Positions 48,368-57,458 of a stretch of 64,000 bases of DNA are shown here, in pieces. The translations under genes were made by a program, and so were the position numbers. Source of the stretch: Phycisphaerales bacterium. GTDB lineage: Bacteria > Planctomycetota > Phycisphaerae > Phycisphaerales > SM1A02. The stretch spans positions 9,443 through 73,442 of the forward strand of contig JBIKWD010000001.1 in assembly GCA_044356505.1 (NCBI GenBank), written 5' to 3'. Under the pieces are notes generated by a model. It saw only the letters and a program-made list of their open reading frames with translations, was not told the DNA's origin and made no database searches. Position 1 is the stretch's first letter. Every line of letters begins with the position of its first letter.

Positions 48368-49762
48368 TCACGGAAGCGGCCGCGTCACGCACCCGAGCTC
48401 CGCCGGTGAGAGCGGAAGATCGATCGCGCCGTGCGCGCGCAGTACTCCGTCGCCGTTCTCGAACAGGAACCCGCCTTCGGCTTCCGACGCCACCCGCACG
48501 GTGTCGAGCGCCTCGCCGGCAAAACCGCGGAGGGTGATCGTCGCCACCTCGCGCTCGGCAGGAAAGACCGCGATCCGCACGCTGCCGGCGCGGGCCTCGG
48601 TCAACGCCGAGAGCAGCCGCCGCACCGCCGCGTCGTCGGCCGCGCCGGCACCCTCGCCGGACTCCGGTTCGCCCCACGCGGCGTTCCAGCGGTCGGTCTC
48701 GCGGCGAAGCGACAGACGCACCGGCCCCTGCGTGATCTCGATCGCGCCGACGTCGGCGGCGCGGACCCCGCTTGCGACGGCATCGACGAGGCGTTCGGCG
48801 CGCGGCGCGATTCCGGCGAGGACCGCTGCCGGGATCCGGACGACCGTGTTCGTTCCCTCGACGAGCCCGAAGCGGTCCTGTGCGCCGATCGAGACGGGAT
48901 CGCCGATGCGCAGCCGCGTCTCGCGGGACCCGCTCCGGACCGCGAGCACCGCGGCGGCCGGCTCGAGACCGTACACCGAGAGCTCGGCCGGATTGTCGAC
49001 GATGAAGCCCTCGCTCCGCGCCCGTCGGATCGCGTCGACGAGTTCCTCGCACTGCTGGCGGTCCGCGCGGGTCCGGATCGGTTCCTCGATGCGGAAGTTG
49101 CGGCCGCTGCGAGCGATCGACGTCGTCGAGCCTCCCGAGGTAAGGCCGATACGGTCCACCTCGCCGAGATCGATGAAGAGATCGCGCCGCCGGAACTCCC
49201 GCGGATCGCGTTCAAGCGCGAACTGGTGCAGCGATCCATCGACGACCTCGTAGCGGACACTGGGCTGCGCGGGGCGGACACCGGGCTGCGCGGGCTCGAC
49301 GGCGCGCGCGTACGCCCTTCCCGCCAGGCTCCTCCGTCCGAGTTCGACGACCACCCGGCGCGCCGGCGCACCACCCGACGACTCCTCGACAAGTTCGATG
49401 CGTCCCTGCGCCGGAGCAAGCCCGGCAGCCGCCAGCGATACGGCGTCGTCGGCACGCACCTCGACGGAGCGCACGCTCTCGGCCTTCGTCACGCGCGCGG
49501 CGAACTGGCGAATCGACCAGCCGTCGACGGCGTGCTCGACCGGCGATGTCTGCCACCACGACTGACCGCGCCTGACGAACCGATACCTGGTTCCCTCGCG
49601 GTCGAGAAGCACTTCCGCGAGACGCTCGGGGTCGATCGAATCGCGGGCCACGAGCGGCTCTCGACCCCGCGGCGCGGCACGCTCGGCCGACCCGATCCTG
49701 TGAGCGACGAGACCGACCGCGAGGGCGGCAAGCAGGACGAGCGGGGTTCGGAAGAGCCTCAT
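48368..49762 (-). CDS. DUF4340-like protein (accessory to GldFG-type ABC system), tentative
   Basis: Track ORF 48368..49846. Start placed at ATG 49762 (MRLFRTPLVLLAALAVGLV anchor), overlapping the upstream stop (ATGA). The call rests mainly on its position after the GldG-like gene and on its repeated beta-rich modules. Confidence 0.5.
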   Translation of the reverse strand: MRLFRTPLVLLAALAVGLVAHRIGSAERAAPRGREPLVARDSIDPERLAEVLLDREGTRYRFVRRGQSWWQTSPVEHAVDGWSIRQFAARVTKAESVRSVEVRADDAVSLAAAGLAPAQGRIELVEESSGGAPARRVVVELGRRSLAGRAYARAVEPAQPGVRPAQPSVRYEVVDGSLHQFALERDPREFRRRDLFIDLGEVDRIGLTSGGSTTSIARSGRNFRIEEPIRTRADRQQCEELVDAIRRARSEGFIVDNPAELSVYGLEPAAAVLAVRSGSRETRLRIGDPVSIGAQDRFGLVEGTNTVVRIPAAVLAGIAPRAERLVDAVASGVRAADVGAIEITQGPVRLSLRRETDRWNAAWGEPESGEGAGAADDAAVRRLLSALTEARAGSVRIAVFPAEREVATITLRGFAGEALDTVRVASEAEGGFLFENGDGVLRAHGAIDLPLSPAELGCVTRPLP

Positions 49763-52551
49763 GCCCGCCTCCTCCGCGCTGCGATCACGACCGCGCCCGC
49801 CACGACCGGTCCGATCACGATGAAGCCGCCGAATCCGAACATCCACGCGCGACGCGGCCCGTCGCCGAGCGACTCGATCCGCGGGACTTCACGCCCGCTC
49901 AGCCCCCCGTCGAGAAGATCCGGCCGGTCCGCGAGCCACGCGACGCTCGCGAGCAGAAGTTCGCGATTGCCGGGATTGACGAGCGCCGTCCGTCCGCCAC
50001 CGAGGCCGTCGGAGAGATCCGCGAGACTCGAGAGGAGCCACCCGCCGCTTGCGACGACCACGGCGCGCTGCGGTCCTGCAGGCGTCTTTCGCTCCGCAAG
50101 CACGCATACGGGCAGCGGCTCGGCGAGACGCTTCGATTCCGGCACTTCGCGGACGCCGTCGCCATCTCCGCGCCAGTCGTCGGCGATCCAGCGCTCGCGC
50201 CCCGGCTCGATCTCGACGGCGGAAGTCGCCCGCACGCCCTCGGGAAGCGGATCTGCGAGCCGAATGGCCATCGGCTGGTTGAACAGGATCGCCTTGCCCC
50301 GCAGACGGCCGGCGATCGGCGAGTTCGCCGCCACCCGCTCGATGAGCTGCCACGTCCGCACTTCAGGCTGGCCATCGGAATTGGCGACGAGCTCGAGCAC
50401 CACGCGACCGGCATCGACCTCGAGGCCGAAGCCCGAGAGAATCGACTCCCACGGATCAGGTTGCCCGAGGACGGCGAGCATGCTGCGTCCCACCGAGAGC
50501 AGCACGGGCCGGCCGTCGCGCAGCAGCGCCTCCGTTTCGGCGACGAGAAGCCTCTCCTCGCGCGAAAGCTCCAGTTGCGTCCGCCTCAGCGCGGGCAGCA
50601 CGACGAACACCTGTTCCTGACCCGTCGCGGCGGTCGGGCGCTCGCCGCGTCCCGGCGTCCACTCCGTGACGGAGTAGCCCGTGCTCTTCACCGCATCGAC
50701 GACGGCGACAAGATCGTTGTTGTCCTGCCGTGCACGGAAGAGCGAGTCCTTCTCGGAGTGGACGAACACGACCTGCGGCATCCGGGCCGAAGCGATGCTT
50801 CGGATCGCTCCCGACAGGACCTCCTCGCCACGGAAGCCCCAGCTGTAGCTGATTCGATCCGTGCCCTGCGCGCCTACGGTGCGCGGAAAGAGCCGCCACG
50901 CCGGGATCACCGACATCCTCTGGCCGCCGACGACGACGGCTGCCTCGCCGCCGAGCAGTTCACGGGCGAGCATGTCGAGACCGACGGACGGCAGTGCCTC
51001 GAGTTCCTGCCGAGAAGCCTGCATGCTCGACGCCAGTTCCTCGAACGGTTCGATCCGCGAAGCGACCACGCCACGTACCGCTGTCGGCACCGACGGCTGG
51101 CTGCGCCACTGCGCGAAGAGCGTTGCGGCGGAGGCAAGCTGGTCTCCCCAGACGCGGAACCCCTGCGCAAGCGCGCTGCGCGCGCCCTCGAGGTCCGGAA
51201 GCGGTCGCGAGCCGCTCGTGCGCGTCATCTCGACGACGCGGTGGCGGAACTGATCGCCATCGGTCGCGACCTGCGCGAAGAATCCCGCCAGCTGCTCGAG
51301 CGTGCGTCTGACCTGACTGTCCTGCGGAAGCTGCTGCGCGGCGGCGCGCAGCCCCGCAGACTGGCCGGCGGCCGTTGCGCGGAAGCCGTCGTAGACTTGA
51401 ATCGCGCGCGCGACCGCAGCCTCCGCCTGCGCGATCTCGCCCTCGCGGCTCGCCACGAGTTCCGAAAGCGCCGCCTCGAACTCGCCCGCGGACGCCGGAG
51501 CGACGGGGTCGATCCTGCGCGCGTCGATCAGCGGATTCGCGTCGCGGAAGCGCTCGAGCACCTCGTCGACCTGTCGAAGGACGGCGGGATCGGCGTCCGC
51601 CTCGTCGACGAACAGGATGATCTTCCATTGTCCCTCGAGCCCCTCGAGCAGCTCGACCGTCGGAGGCGCGAGACTGTACGCGCGGGTCTTCGTCGCGTCG
51701 GCCTCGACGCGCAGGCCCGACGTGGAGAGGAGCGCCACCGCCGCTGCGCCGAGGGCGATGCACGCGGAGACGAACGCGACGGCCTCGGCGCGCGCGAAGA
51801 TCCGCACCGCGGGCCGCCTTGATCCCTGGTCGCGGATCCGCTCGAGGGAAACCGTCGCGGCGGCGACCCCGACGGCCATGATGGCCGCGAAGTAGGCCAC
51901 CGCCGCCGTGTCGAGCAATCCGAGCGCGAAACCCTCGAGACGCCTCAGCGGGTCCGCGGCCGCTGCGAAGGGCGCCCATTCGATCGGCAGCACGCCGACG
52001 AGCAGCCGTGATCCCGCGATGAGACCGAGCCAGAGGAAGAACGCCCCGAGGAACGCGACCGTCTGGCTCGCGGTGGTCGTCGACACCGCAAGCCCGATCG
52101 AGGCCGCGGCGCATCCGGCGAGGAAGAGTCCAAGCAGTCCGCACGCGATCTCGCCATAGTCCGGCGCCGCGTAGAGCTCGAGAGGCAGCGCGAGAAGCGC
52201 GACGGGGACGGTGCTCGCGGCGATCAGGATCGCGCAGGCGAGCGCCTTTCCGAGCACGATTTCGAACGGGCTCAGCGGACTCGCAAAGAGAGTCTCCCAG
52301 GTCTTGAGACGCAGCTCCTCGCTGACCACCCGCATCGAGAGCGCAGGTGCCGTCGCGAGGAGCGCCCAGCCGGCGGCGAGGATGGCGGTCCGCAGGCTCG
52401 CCGGCCGCGCGTCGGCGAAGTCGACTGCGAAGAAGGCGAAGGCCGCCACGAGACCTGCGATCGACAGCGCGATCCAGGCGACGGGCGTCACGAACGCGCT
52501 GCGCAGCTCGCGCACGGCCACTGCGGACACCCGTCGGACCGACGCTGTCAA
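49759..52551 (-). CDS. Fused ABC-2 permease (GldF-like) and GldG-like auxiliary domain protein
   Basis: Track ORF, 930 aa; start uncertain (TTG 52551 or GTG 52530). The N-terminal ~250 aa form a six-helix ABC-2 permease (VRELRSAFVTPVAWIAL). The remainder is a large extracytoplasmic domain ending in a C-terminal TM anchor (FGFGGFIVIGPVVAGAVVIAARRRR), as in GldG. Confidence 0.65.
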   Translation of the reverse strand: MTASVRRVSAVAVRELRSAFVTPVAWIALSIAGLVAAFAFFAVDFADARPASLRTAILAAGWALLATAPALSMRVVSEELRLKTWETLFASPLSPFEIVLGKALACAILIAASTVPVALLALPLELYAAPDYGEIACGLLGLFLAGCAAASIGLAVSTTTASQTVAFLGAFFLWLGLIAGSRLLVGVLPIEWAPFAAAADPLRRLEGFALGLLDTAAVAYFAAIMAVGVAAATVSLERIRDQGSRRPAVRIFARAEAVAFVSACIALGAAAVALLSTSGLRVEADATKTRAYSLAPPTVELLEGLEGQWKIILFVDEADADPAVLRQVDEVLERFRDANPLIDARRIDPVAPASAGEFEAALSELVASREGEIAQAEAAVARAIQVYDGFRATAAGQSAGLRAAAQQLPQDSQVRRTLEQLAGFFAQVATDGDQFRHRVVEMTRTSGSRPLPDLEGARSALAQGFRVWGDQLASAATLFAQWRSQPSVPTAVRGVVASRIEPFEELASSMQASRQELEALPSVGLDMLARELLGGEAAVVVGGQRMSVIPAWRLFPRTVGAQGTDRISYSWGFRGEEVLSGAIRSIASARMPQVVFVHSEKDSLFRARQDNNDLVAVVDAVKSTGYSVTEWTPGRGERPTAATGQEQVFVVLPALRRTQLELSREERLLVAETEALLRDGRPVLLSVGRSMLAVLGQPDPWESILSGFGLEVDAGRVVLELVANSDGQPEVRTWQLIERVAANSPIAGRLRGKAILFNQPMAIRLADPLPEGVRATSAVEIEPGRERWIADDWRGDGDGVREVPESKRLAEPLPVCVLAERKTPAGPQRAVVVASGGWLLSSLADLSDGLGGGRTALVNPGNRELLLASVAWLADRPDLLDGGLSGREVPRIESLGDGPRRAWMFGFGGFIVIGPVVAGAVVIAARRRRA

Positions 52552-53603
52552 CCGTGGCCTCCCGAGTTCGATCCCGCGGCGGCGAATCCGCGTTCAGGGC
52601 TTCCCTCCCGCTCCTCGGCGGCACGCTTCACGAGATCCACGAACACGGTCTCGAGCTGCGCCGCATCCGCGCCGAGCGCCCGCAGCCGCACCCCGCGCTC
52701 CGACAGCAGCCCAGCGAGCGCGGGCCGCGGGTCTCCGCGCAATGCACCGAACTCGAGCCGATACCACCCGTCGCCGAGGGCGCGCTCGGTCAGTCCCTCG
52801 CAGAGCGATCTGAGCTGCTCGTCGCCTGCCACCGGTCGGTCGACTTCTGCAAACAGCCGCGCACCTTCGGACGCCCGCATGCGAAACCGCTCCGTCGACT
52901 CCTGCAGCACCACGCGCCCGCCGGTGACGATCGCGAGCTCGCTGCAGACGCTCTCGACCTCGCTGAGCAGATGGCTCGAGAGGATCACGAGGCGGGTGGA
53001 ACCGAGTTCCCGAACCAGTTGCCTGAACGCAAGCGTCTGCTCCGGGTCGAGTCCGACAGACGGTTCGTCGAGGATCACGACGCGCGGGTCGGCAAGCAGC
53101 GTCGCAGCGAGCCCGACCCGCTGCTGCATGCCCTTCGAAAGAGCGCCGCAGCAGCGGTGACCGAATCGCGCCACGTCGCAGCGGTCGGCCCACAGCGCGG
53201 CGGCCCGCCTCGCGGAGGCAGCCGTCAGGCCGGCGATCCCGGCACGGAACCGAAGGTACTCATCGACCGTCAGCTCGGGGTAGAGCGGCGCCGACTCGGG
53301 CAGATAGCCGATCAGGCGCCGCGCGCGCGCGGCGTCGCGCGCCATGTCGATCCCGAGGACGGCGAGCGAACCTGCGTCCGGCGGCAGCACGCCCGCGATC
53401 ATCCGGATCGTGGTCGTCTTGCCGGCGCCGTTCGGACCGAGCAAGCCGCAGACACCTGTGCGCGGCAACTCGAGGTCCGCAATCCGCAGCGCGCAGAGTC
53501 CGCCGAACCACTTGGTGAGTCCACGCGCGACCACGCCGGCCCCCGAGGCTCCATCAGACGCCACGATCGCGGCCTCCGACGATGCGCATGAAAGCGAAGA
53601 CAT
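52548..53603 (-). CDS. ABC transporter ATP-binding protein (GldA-like)
   Basis: Track ORF, 351 aa. Walker A GPNGAGKTT, signature LSKGMQQRVGLAATL, Walker B VVILDEPSVGLD. Confidence 0.85.
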   Translation of the reverse strand: MSSLSCASSEAAIVASDGASGAGVVARGLTKWFGGLCALRIADLELPRTGVCGLLGPNGAGKTTTIRMIAGVLPPDAGSLAVLGIDMARDAARARRLIGYLPESAPLYPELTVDEYLRFRAGIAGLTAASARRAAALWADRCDVARFGHRCCGALSKGMQQRVGLAATLLADPRVVILDEPSVGLDPEQTLAFRQLVRELGSTRLVILSSHLLSEVESVCSELAIVTGGRVVLQESTERFRMRASEGARLFAEVDRPVAGDEQLRSLCEGLTERALGDGWYRLEFGALRGDPRPALAGLLSERGVRLRALGADAAQLETVFVDLVKRAAEEREGSPERGFAAAGSNSGGHG

Positions 53604-53670
53604 CCGTCATCACGGCGCGAAGTGTATCGGCGCGGCCGACGGGCTGCGCGGTCGGAATGCCCGCCCTACA

Positions 53671-55362
53671 ATGCGGACCGCACGGATGCCCGCCATGTCG
53701 ATGGACGACGCGACGCCAGATCACGACCCTCCGCCCGCCTCCGCCGACGAGCCGGATCCGCACTCTCCTCGAGTCGAGCACCCGGATGCGGGGTTCGTCT
53801 ACGAGATAAGGGGTTCGGCGCCGCTCAGCCCGGAGGTGCGCGCGGCGCTTGGTCGATACGTCATAACCCAGATCTCGGGCGACGTCCTCACGGCGGACCG
53901 ATCGAGGCATGCGCTCCGACTGCTCGGCGAAGGCGCGGGAGTCGTCGAGCCGACCGGCGAGATCACATGGATGAACGAGGGCTTGGCGGCGCAGTCGCCC
54001 GAGGTCCTCCGTCGCTTCGCCGACTGCTGCGTGGAGTCGATGAAGGCCTGGCGACGCATGACCGGCCCCGTGTCCACGAGCCGGGCTGTCTTTCGCTCAG
54101 TTGGCCGTTGGTTCGAGGTTGTCGCGACGCCTGTCGACCGCGCGCCTACCGCCGCCCGCCGCGAGGGTGCTGTCGCGCTCCTCATCGACGCATCGGCGGC
54201 CCGTCGGATCCAGGATCGGCTCGACGCCATCGATCAGGCGGGTGCGGCGCTGCTTCAGTTCGACGCCGAGAGCCTCCGCAAGCTGAGTGCGCCCGAGCGG
54301 CTGAAGCTGCTCGAGGGAAAGGTCGTCGCCGCGACGCGATCGCTCCTCGGGTTCGATCACTTCGAGTATCGGCTCACCAACAGACGCACGGAACAGCTGG
54401 AACTGGTCTTCTGCTCCGGACTGGTGCCGCTTGGGATCGGCGAGCGGATCTTCGCTCGAGCGGAGGGCAACGGACTGAGCGGCGTCGTCGCGGTCACAGG
54501 CCAGGCCGTGGTGTGCGGCGACGTGAGCACGGAGCCCCGCTACATCGGCGGACTGCCCGGTGCCAGGAGCACGATCACCGTGCCGCTGCGACTTCACGAC
54601 CGCGTCGTCGGCGTGCTCAACGCCGAGAGCGCGGAAACGCGACGGTTCGACGACGAGGACCGGCTCTGCGCGGAACTGCTCGGACGCTACGTCGCGCTTG
54701 CGCTCAACACGCTCGACATGCTCGTCGCGGAACGCTGCGAGACCATCAAGTTCACGCTCGCCAACATCTCCGACGAGGCCGCGACATCGCTCGCCGAGAT
54801 CTCCGACGACGCCCGCGGCCTGCTCGAACGACGCCAGCCCGACCTCGAGCCGGTCGCGACGCGACTCGCGGCGGCGGCGGCGAGGATCGACGAACTCCTG
54901 CGAAACGCGGCCGCCGGTCCGAGCGGCATCCTCGGCGTCGACGAGTTCATGCGCGAGGGTTTCCGCGACCCGATCTTCGCCGACCGCAGGGTGCTGGTCG
55001 CCGACGACGAACCGGCGATCCGCAAGACTGTGCGGGCCGTGCTCGAGCAGCAAGGCTGCATCATCAGCGAGCACGCCGACGGCGTCGGCGCAATCGCCGC
55101 GATTCGGGCCGCGGCGCTCGAGGGCAGGCCGTTCGATCTGGTCATCTCCGATGTCCGCATGCCCGACGCGAACGGCTACGAGGTCTTCCGCGCCGCCAAG
55201 GACGCGAACCCCGCCACCCCTGTCATTCTCATGACGGCATTCGGATACGACCCGAACCACTCGATCGTGCGGTCAAGCCAGGAAGGCCTGCATTGCTTCC
55301 TGTTCAAGCCGTTCCAGATCACGCAACTGCTCGAGGAGGGCCGCAAGGCACTCGTCGGATGA
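53671..55362 (+). CDS. PAS-like / GAF / C-terminal receiver (REC) domain regulator
   Basis: In-frame part of track ORF 53344..55362; start at ATG 53671, with alternatives at 53686, 53695 and 53701. GAF region (GVVAVTGQAVVCGDV...TVPLRLHDRVVGVLNAES). REC domain (VLVADDEP, DLVISDVRMPDANG, ILMTAFG, FKPF). Confidence 0.8.
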   Translation: MRTARMPAMSMDDATPDHDPPPASADEPDPHSPRVEHPDAGFVYEIRGSAPLSPEVRAALGRYVITQISGDVLTADRSRHALRLLGEGAGVVEPTGEITWMNEGLAAQSPEVLRRFADCCVESMKAWRRMTGPVSTSRAVFRSVGRWFEVVATPVDRAPTAARREGAVALLIDASAARRIQDRLDAIDQAGAALLQFDAESLRKLSAPERLKLLEGKVVAATRSLLGFDHFEYRLTNRRTEQLELVFCSGLVPLGIGERIFARAEGNGLSGVVAVTGQAVVCGDVSTEPRYIGGLPGARSTITVPLRLHDRVVGVLNAESAETRRFDDEDRLCAELLGRYVALALNTLDMLVAERCETIKFTLANISDEAATSLAEISDDARGLLERRQPDLEPVATRLAAAAARIDELLRNAAAGPSGILGVDEFMREGFRDPIFADRRVLVADDEPAIRKTVRAVLEQQGCIISEHADGVGAIAAIRAAALEGRPFDLVISDVRMPDANGYEVFRAAKDANPATPVILMTAFGYDPNHSIVRSSQEGLHCFLFKPFQITQLLEEGRKALVG

Positions 55363-55419
55363 AGGCACTCGTCGGATGAAGGCACTCGTCGGATGAAGGC
55401 GCTCGTCGGATGAAGGACA
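55344..55419. repeat. 17-bp tandem repeat, about 4.5 copies, spanning the stop codon of the REC gene
   Basis: Copies are CAAGGCACTCGTCGGAT, then GAAGGCACTCGTCGGAT x2, then GAAGGCGCTCGTCGGAT, then a partial GAAGGACA. The first copy encodes the C-terminal KALVG plus TGA. Confidence 0.95.
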
Positions 55420-55493
55420 CCCTCGCCCGATGCCTGATAGCGCGGGGCCTGATGGCTCGGGCTGCTCATGCAGCACCGAACCGTCGCGCAACG

Positions 55494-56615
55494 CTATTCG
55501 GCGACCCCTGATCGTCGAACGCTGAGCACACGGTCGATTCCGTCGCCGTCCTTCAGAACCGTCGCTTGATGCCACGATCCGCCGGCGACGAGCGCAAGCG
55601 CAGCCTCGCGATGCTTCCAGCCGATCTCGACCACGAGAAGCCCGCCGTGCGCAAGATGTCCTTCCGCCCCCGCGACGACGCGTCTCACGATGTCCAGTCC
55701 GTCCCGTCCACCGCGCAGCGCGGTCGCTGGCTCGTACTCCTTCACGTTTCGATCGAGCGCCTCGTACTCGCCGTCCGTCACGTAGGGCGGATTCGAGACG
55801 ATGAGATCGAAGCGTTCGCGCCCAGGCACAGCGCTCCACAGATCCCCGCAGCGGAAGTCGACGGACGCGCCGTGCCGAGCGGCGTTTCGCCGGGCAAGCG
55901 CAACCGCCTCAGGCACGACGTCGGTGGCGACGACGTGGATCTGCCGTGGAGACGCGACCGTTCCGGCGGATGTGTCGGGTTCCGCGCGCGGCCCCTCAGC
56001 CGAGTCATCTGCATCGCGGCCACCGCCGTCGAGCGGGAACGAATCCTCTGTCGCCCTTCCAGCCTCGGTCGCCGAGATCGGTCGACACCCGACGCCCTCG
56101 GGCCGCAGGATCGCCTTCATTCCGAGGGCGAGGCTCACCGCGATGCAGCCCGAACCGGTGCAAAGGTCGAGCACTCGGACAGGACCCGCGCCGCGCTCCC
56201 GATACCACTGCAGCGCGTGCTCGACCAGAGTCTCGGTGCACGGTCGCGGAATCAGCGTGCAAGGGGCGACCTCGAAGTCCCGGCCGAGGAACGGCCACCT
56301 TCCGACGAGGAACTGCACGGGCTCGTGCCGCCCCGCGCGGGCCACAAGCCCGCGGAGCGCGGCAAGTTCGTCGGGCGCGAGCTCGCGGTCCGGCTCCATG
56401 TAGAGTCGCAGACGCTCGACCTTCAGCACCTCCGCGAGCAGGACCTCGGCGATCGTGCGCGGGCTGTCGATCTCGCGCTCCTTCAGGAACGGAACGATCC
56501 AGCCGAGCAGGGACCTCACCGTCCACCTCTGGGGCGCCACCGCCGCCGGCGCGGACGAACCGACCGCGTCTGGACGCACGGATTGGGGATGATCTGACCT
56601 TTCCTCTTGCGACAT
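55494..56615 (-). CDS. prmC: Release-factor glutamine N5-methyltransferase
   Basis: Track ORF 55494..56795; start placed at ATG 56615 (MSQEERSD). SAM motif VLDLCTGSGCIA and catalytic NPPY. Contains a ~60-aa insertion in the methyltransferase domain. Confidence 0.85.
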   Translation of the reverse strand: MSQEERSDHPQSVRPDAVGSSAPAAVAPQRWTVRSLLGWIVPFLKEREIDSPRTIAEVLLAEVLKVERLRLYMEPDRELAPDELAALRGLVARAGRHEPVQFLVGRWPFLGRDFEVAPCTLIPRPCTETLVEHALQWYRERGAGPVRVLDLCTGSGCIAVSLALGMKAILRPEGVGCRPISATEAGRATEDSFPLDGGGRDADDSAEGPRAEPDTSAGTVASPRQIHVVATDVVPEAVALARRNAARHGASVDFRCGDLWSAVPGRERFDLIVSNPPYVTDGEYEALDRNVKEYEPATALRGGRDGLDIVRRVVAGAEGHLAHGGLLVVEIGWKHREAALALVAGGSWHQATVLKDGDGIDRVLSVRRSGVAE

Positions 56616-56624
56616 CGGAGATTC

Positions 56625-56700
56625 CTGCCTCGTTCCGTGCCTCGTTGCCGTGCCTCGTTGCCGTGCCTCGTTGCCGTGCCTCGTTGCCGTGCCTCGTTCC
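56625..56700. repeat. 13-bp tandem repeat, six copies, in the prmC-proximal divergent intergenic region
   Basis: Four perfect GTGCCTCGTTGCC units (56637-56688) flanked by 12-bp variants CTGCCTCGTTCC and GTGCCTCGTTCC. The array ends 10 nt from the prmC ATG. Confidence 0.95.
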
Positions 56701-56931
56701 GTGGCCGCGCCGACTCGACGGACCTTCCGCCCCGGCGTCTCCAGACCTCGGACGCTCCGCATCGTAAGGCCGAATCCGCGCCCTCGACGAAACATGACGC
56801 ATTCCGCACGATTCTCAGGCGGAGTTCGCCGCCGAGCCTGCGGGATCCCCTATCTCGGGAAACGGGGATAAAGCGGGCGGCGCGAGAAGCCCCTCCGCCG
56901 CTACGATGTCCCCCCCTTGGAACATCGCGCC

Positions 56932-57366
56932 ATGCACGAACTGCTCAACACCATCGGCAATCAGGCGTCCGCCAGCGGCGTGTTCAGCCGCGTCGAGCCT
57001 CTGGGCGACCGCGTCCGCTTTCACGCGAAGGGTTGTCCCGAGCCGGCGTGGTACGAGCTCGCCGACGTCGACGGCACGCTCGTCGTGCGGTTCGCCACCC
57101 CGAACCGCTGGCTGAGCGAGTCGATCGAGTCGGACCTGATGCACTTCGGAGACCCGATCGAGGAGCTCGTCGAGGAGGAACTCGCCGAGCTCGGATGGCG
57201 CGGCAAGGTCCCGCCGATCAAGCACTTCCGTGACGACGAGAGGCTGTACACCTTCGAGAACCCGCTTCCCTCGACGGATGCCGTCACGGCGGAGAAGTTC
57301 CTGCTCGCCTACGAGGCCGCCTTCCGCGCCCTCGGGGACGTCGGAGGCGAAGACGACGAGGCGTGA
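56932..57366 (+). CDS. Hypothetical acidic cytoplasmic protein
   Basis: Track ORF 56917..57366 (TTG start); ATG 56932 is preferred. Strong G/C third-position bias. No family recognised. Confidence 0.6.
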   Translation: MHELLNTIGNQASASGVFSRVEPLGDRVRFHAKGCPEPAWYELADVDGTLVVRFATPNRWLSESIESDLMHFGDPIEELVEEELAELGWRGKVPPIKHFRDDERLYTFENPLPSTDAVTAEKFLLAYEAAFRALGDVGGEDDEA

Positions 57367-57458
57367 TCGAGTGGAAGTGGCGGACGAGGGAGCCAGTCGG
57401 CAAGTCATCCGATCACGCGAGGACAGACGGTCTCCCTTCGGAGTCAGCGAAAACCAGG

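Noticed and set aside
56615-56795. The longer prmC ORF starting at 56795, which would place the 13-bp array inside coding sequence (classical phase variation).
   Set aside because: The extra 60 codons are mostly translated repeat (GTATRHGNEARQRGTATRHG) with no PrmC homology. ATG 56615 is followed immediately by the conserved domain. It is kept only as an alternative in the finding.
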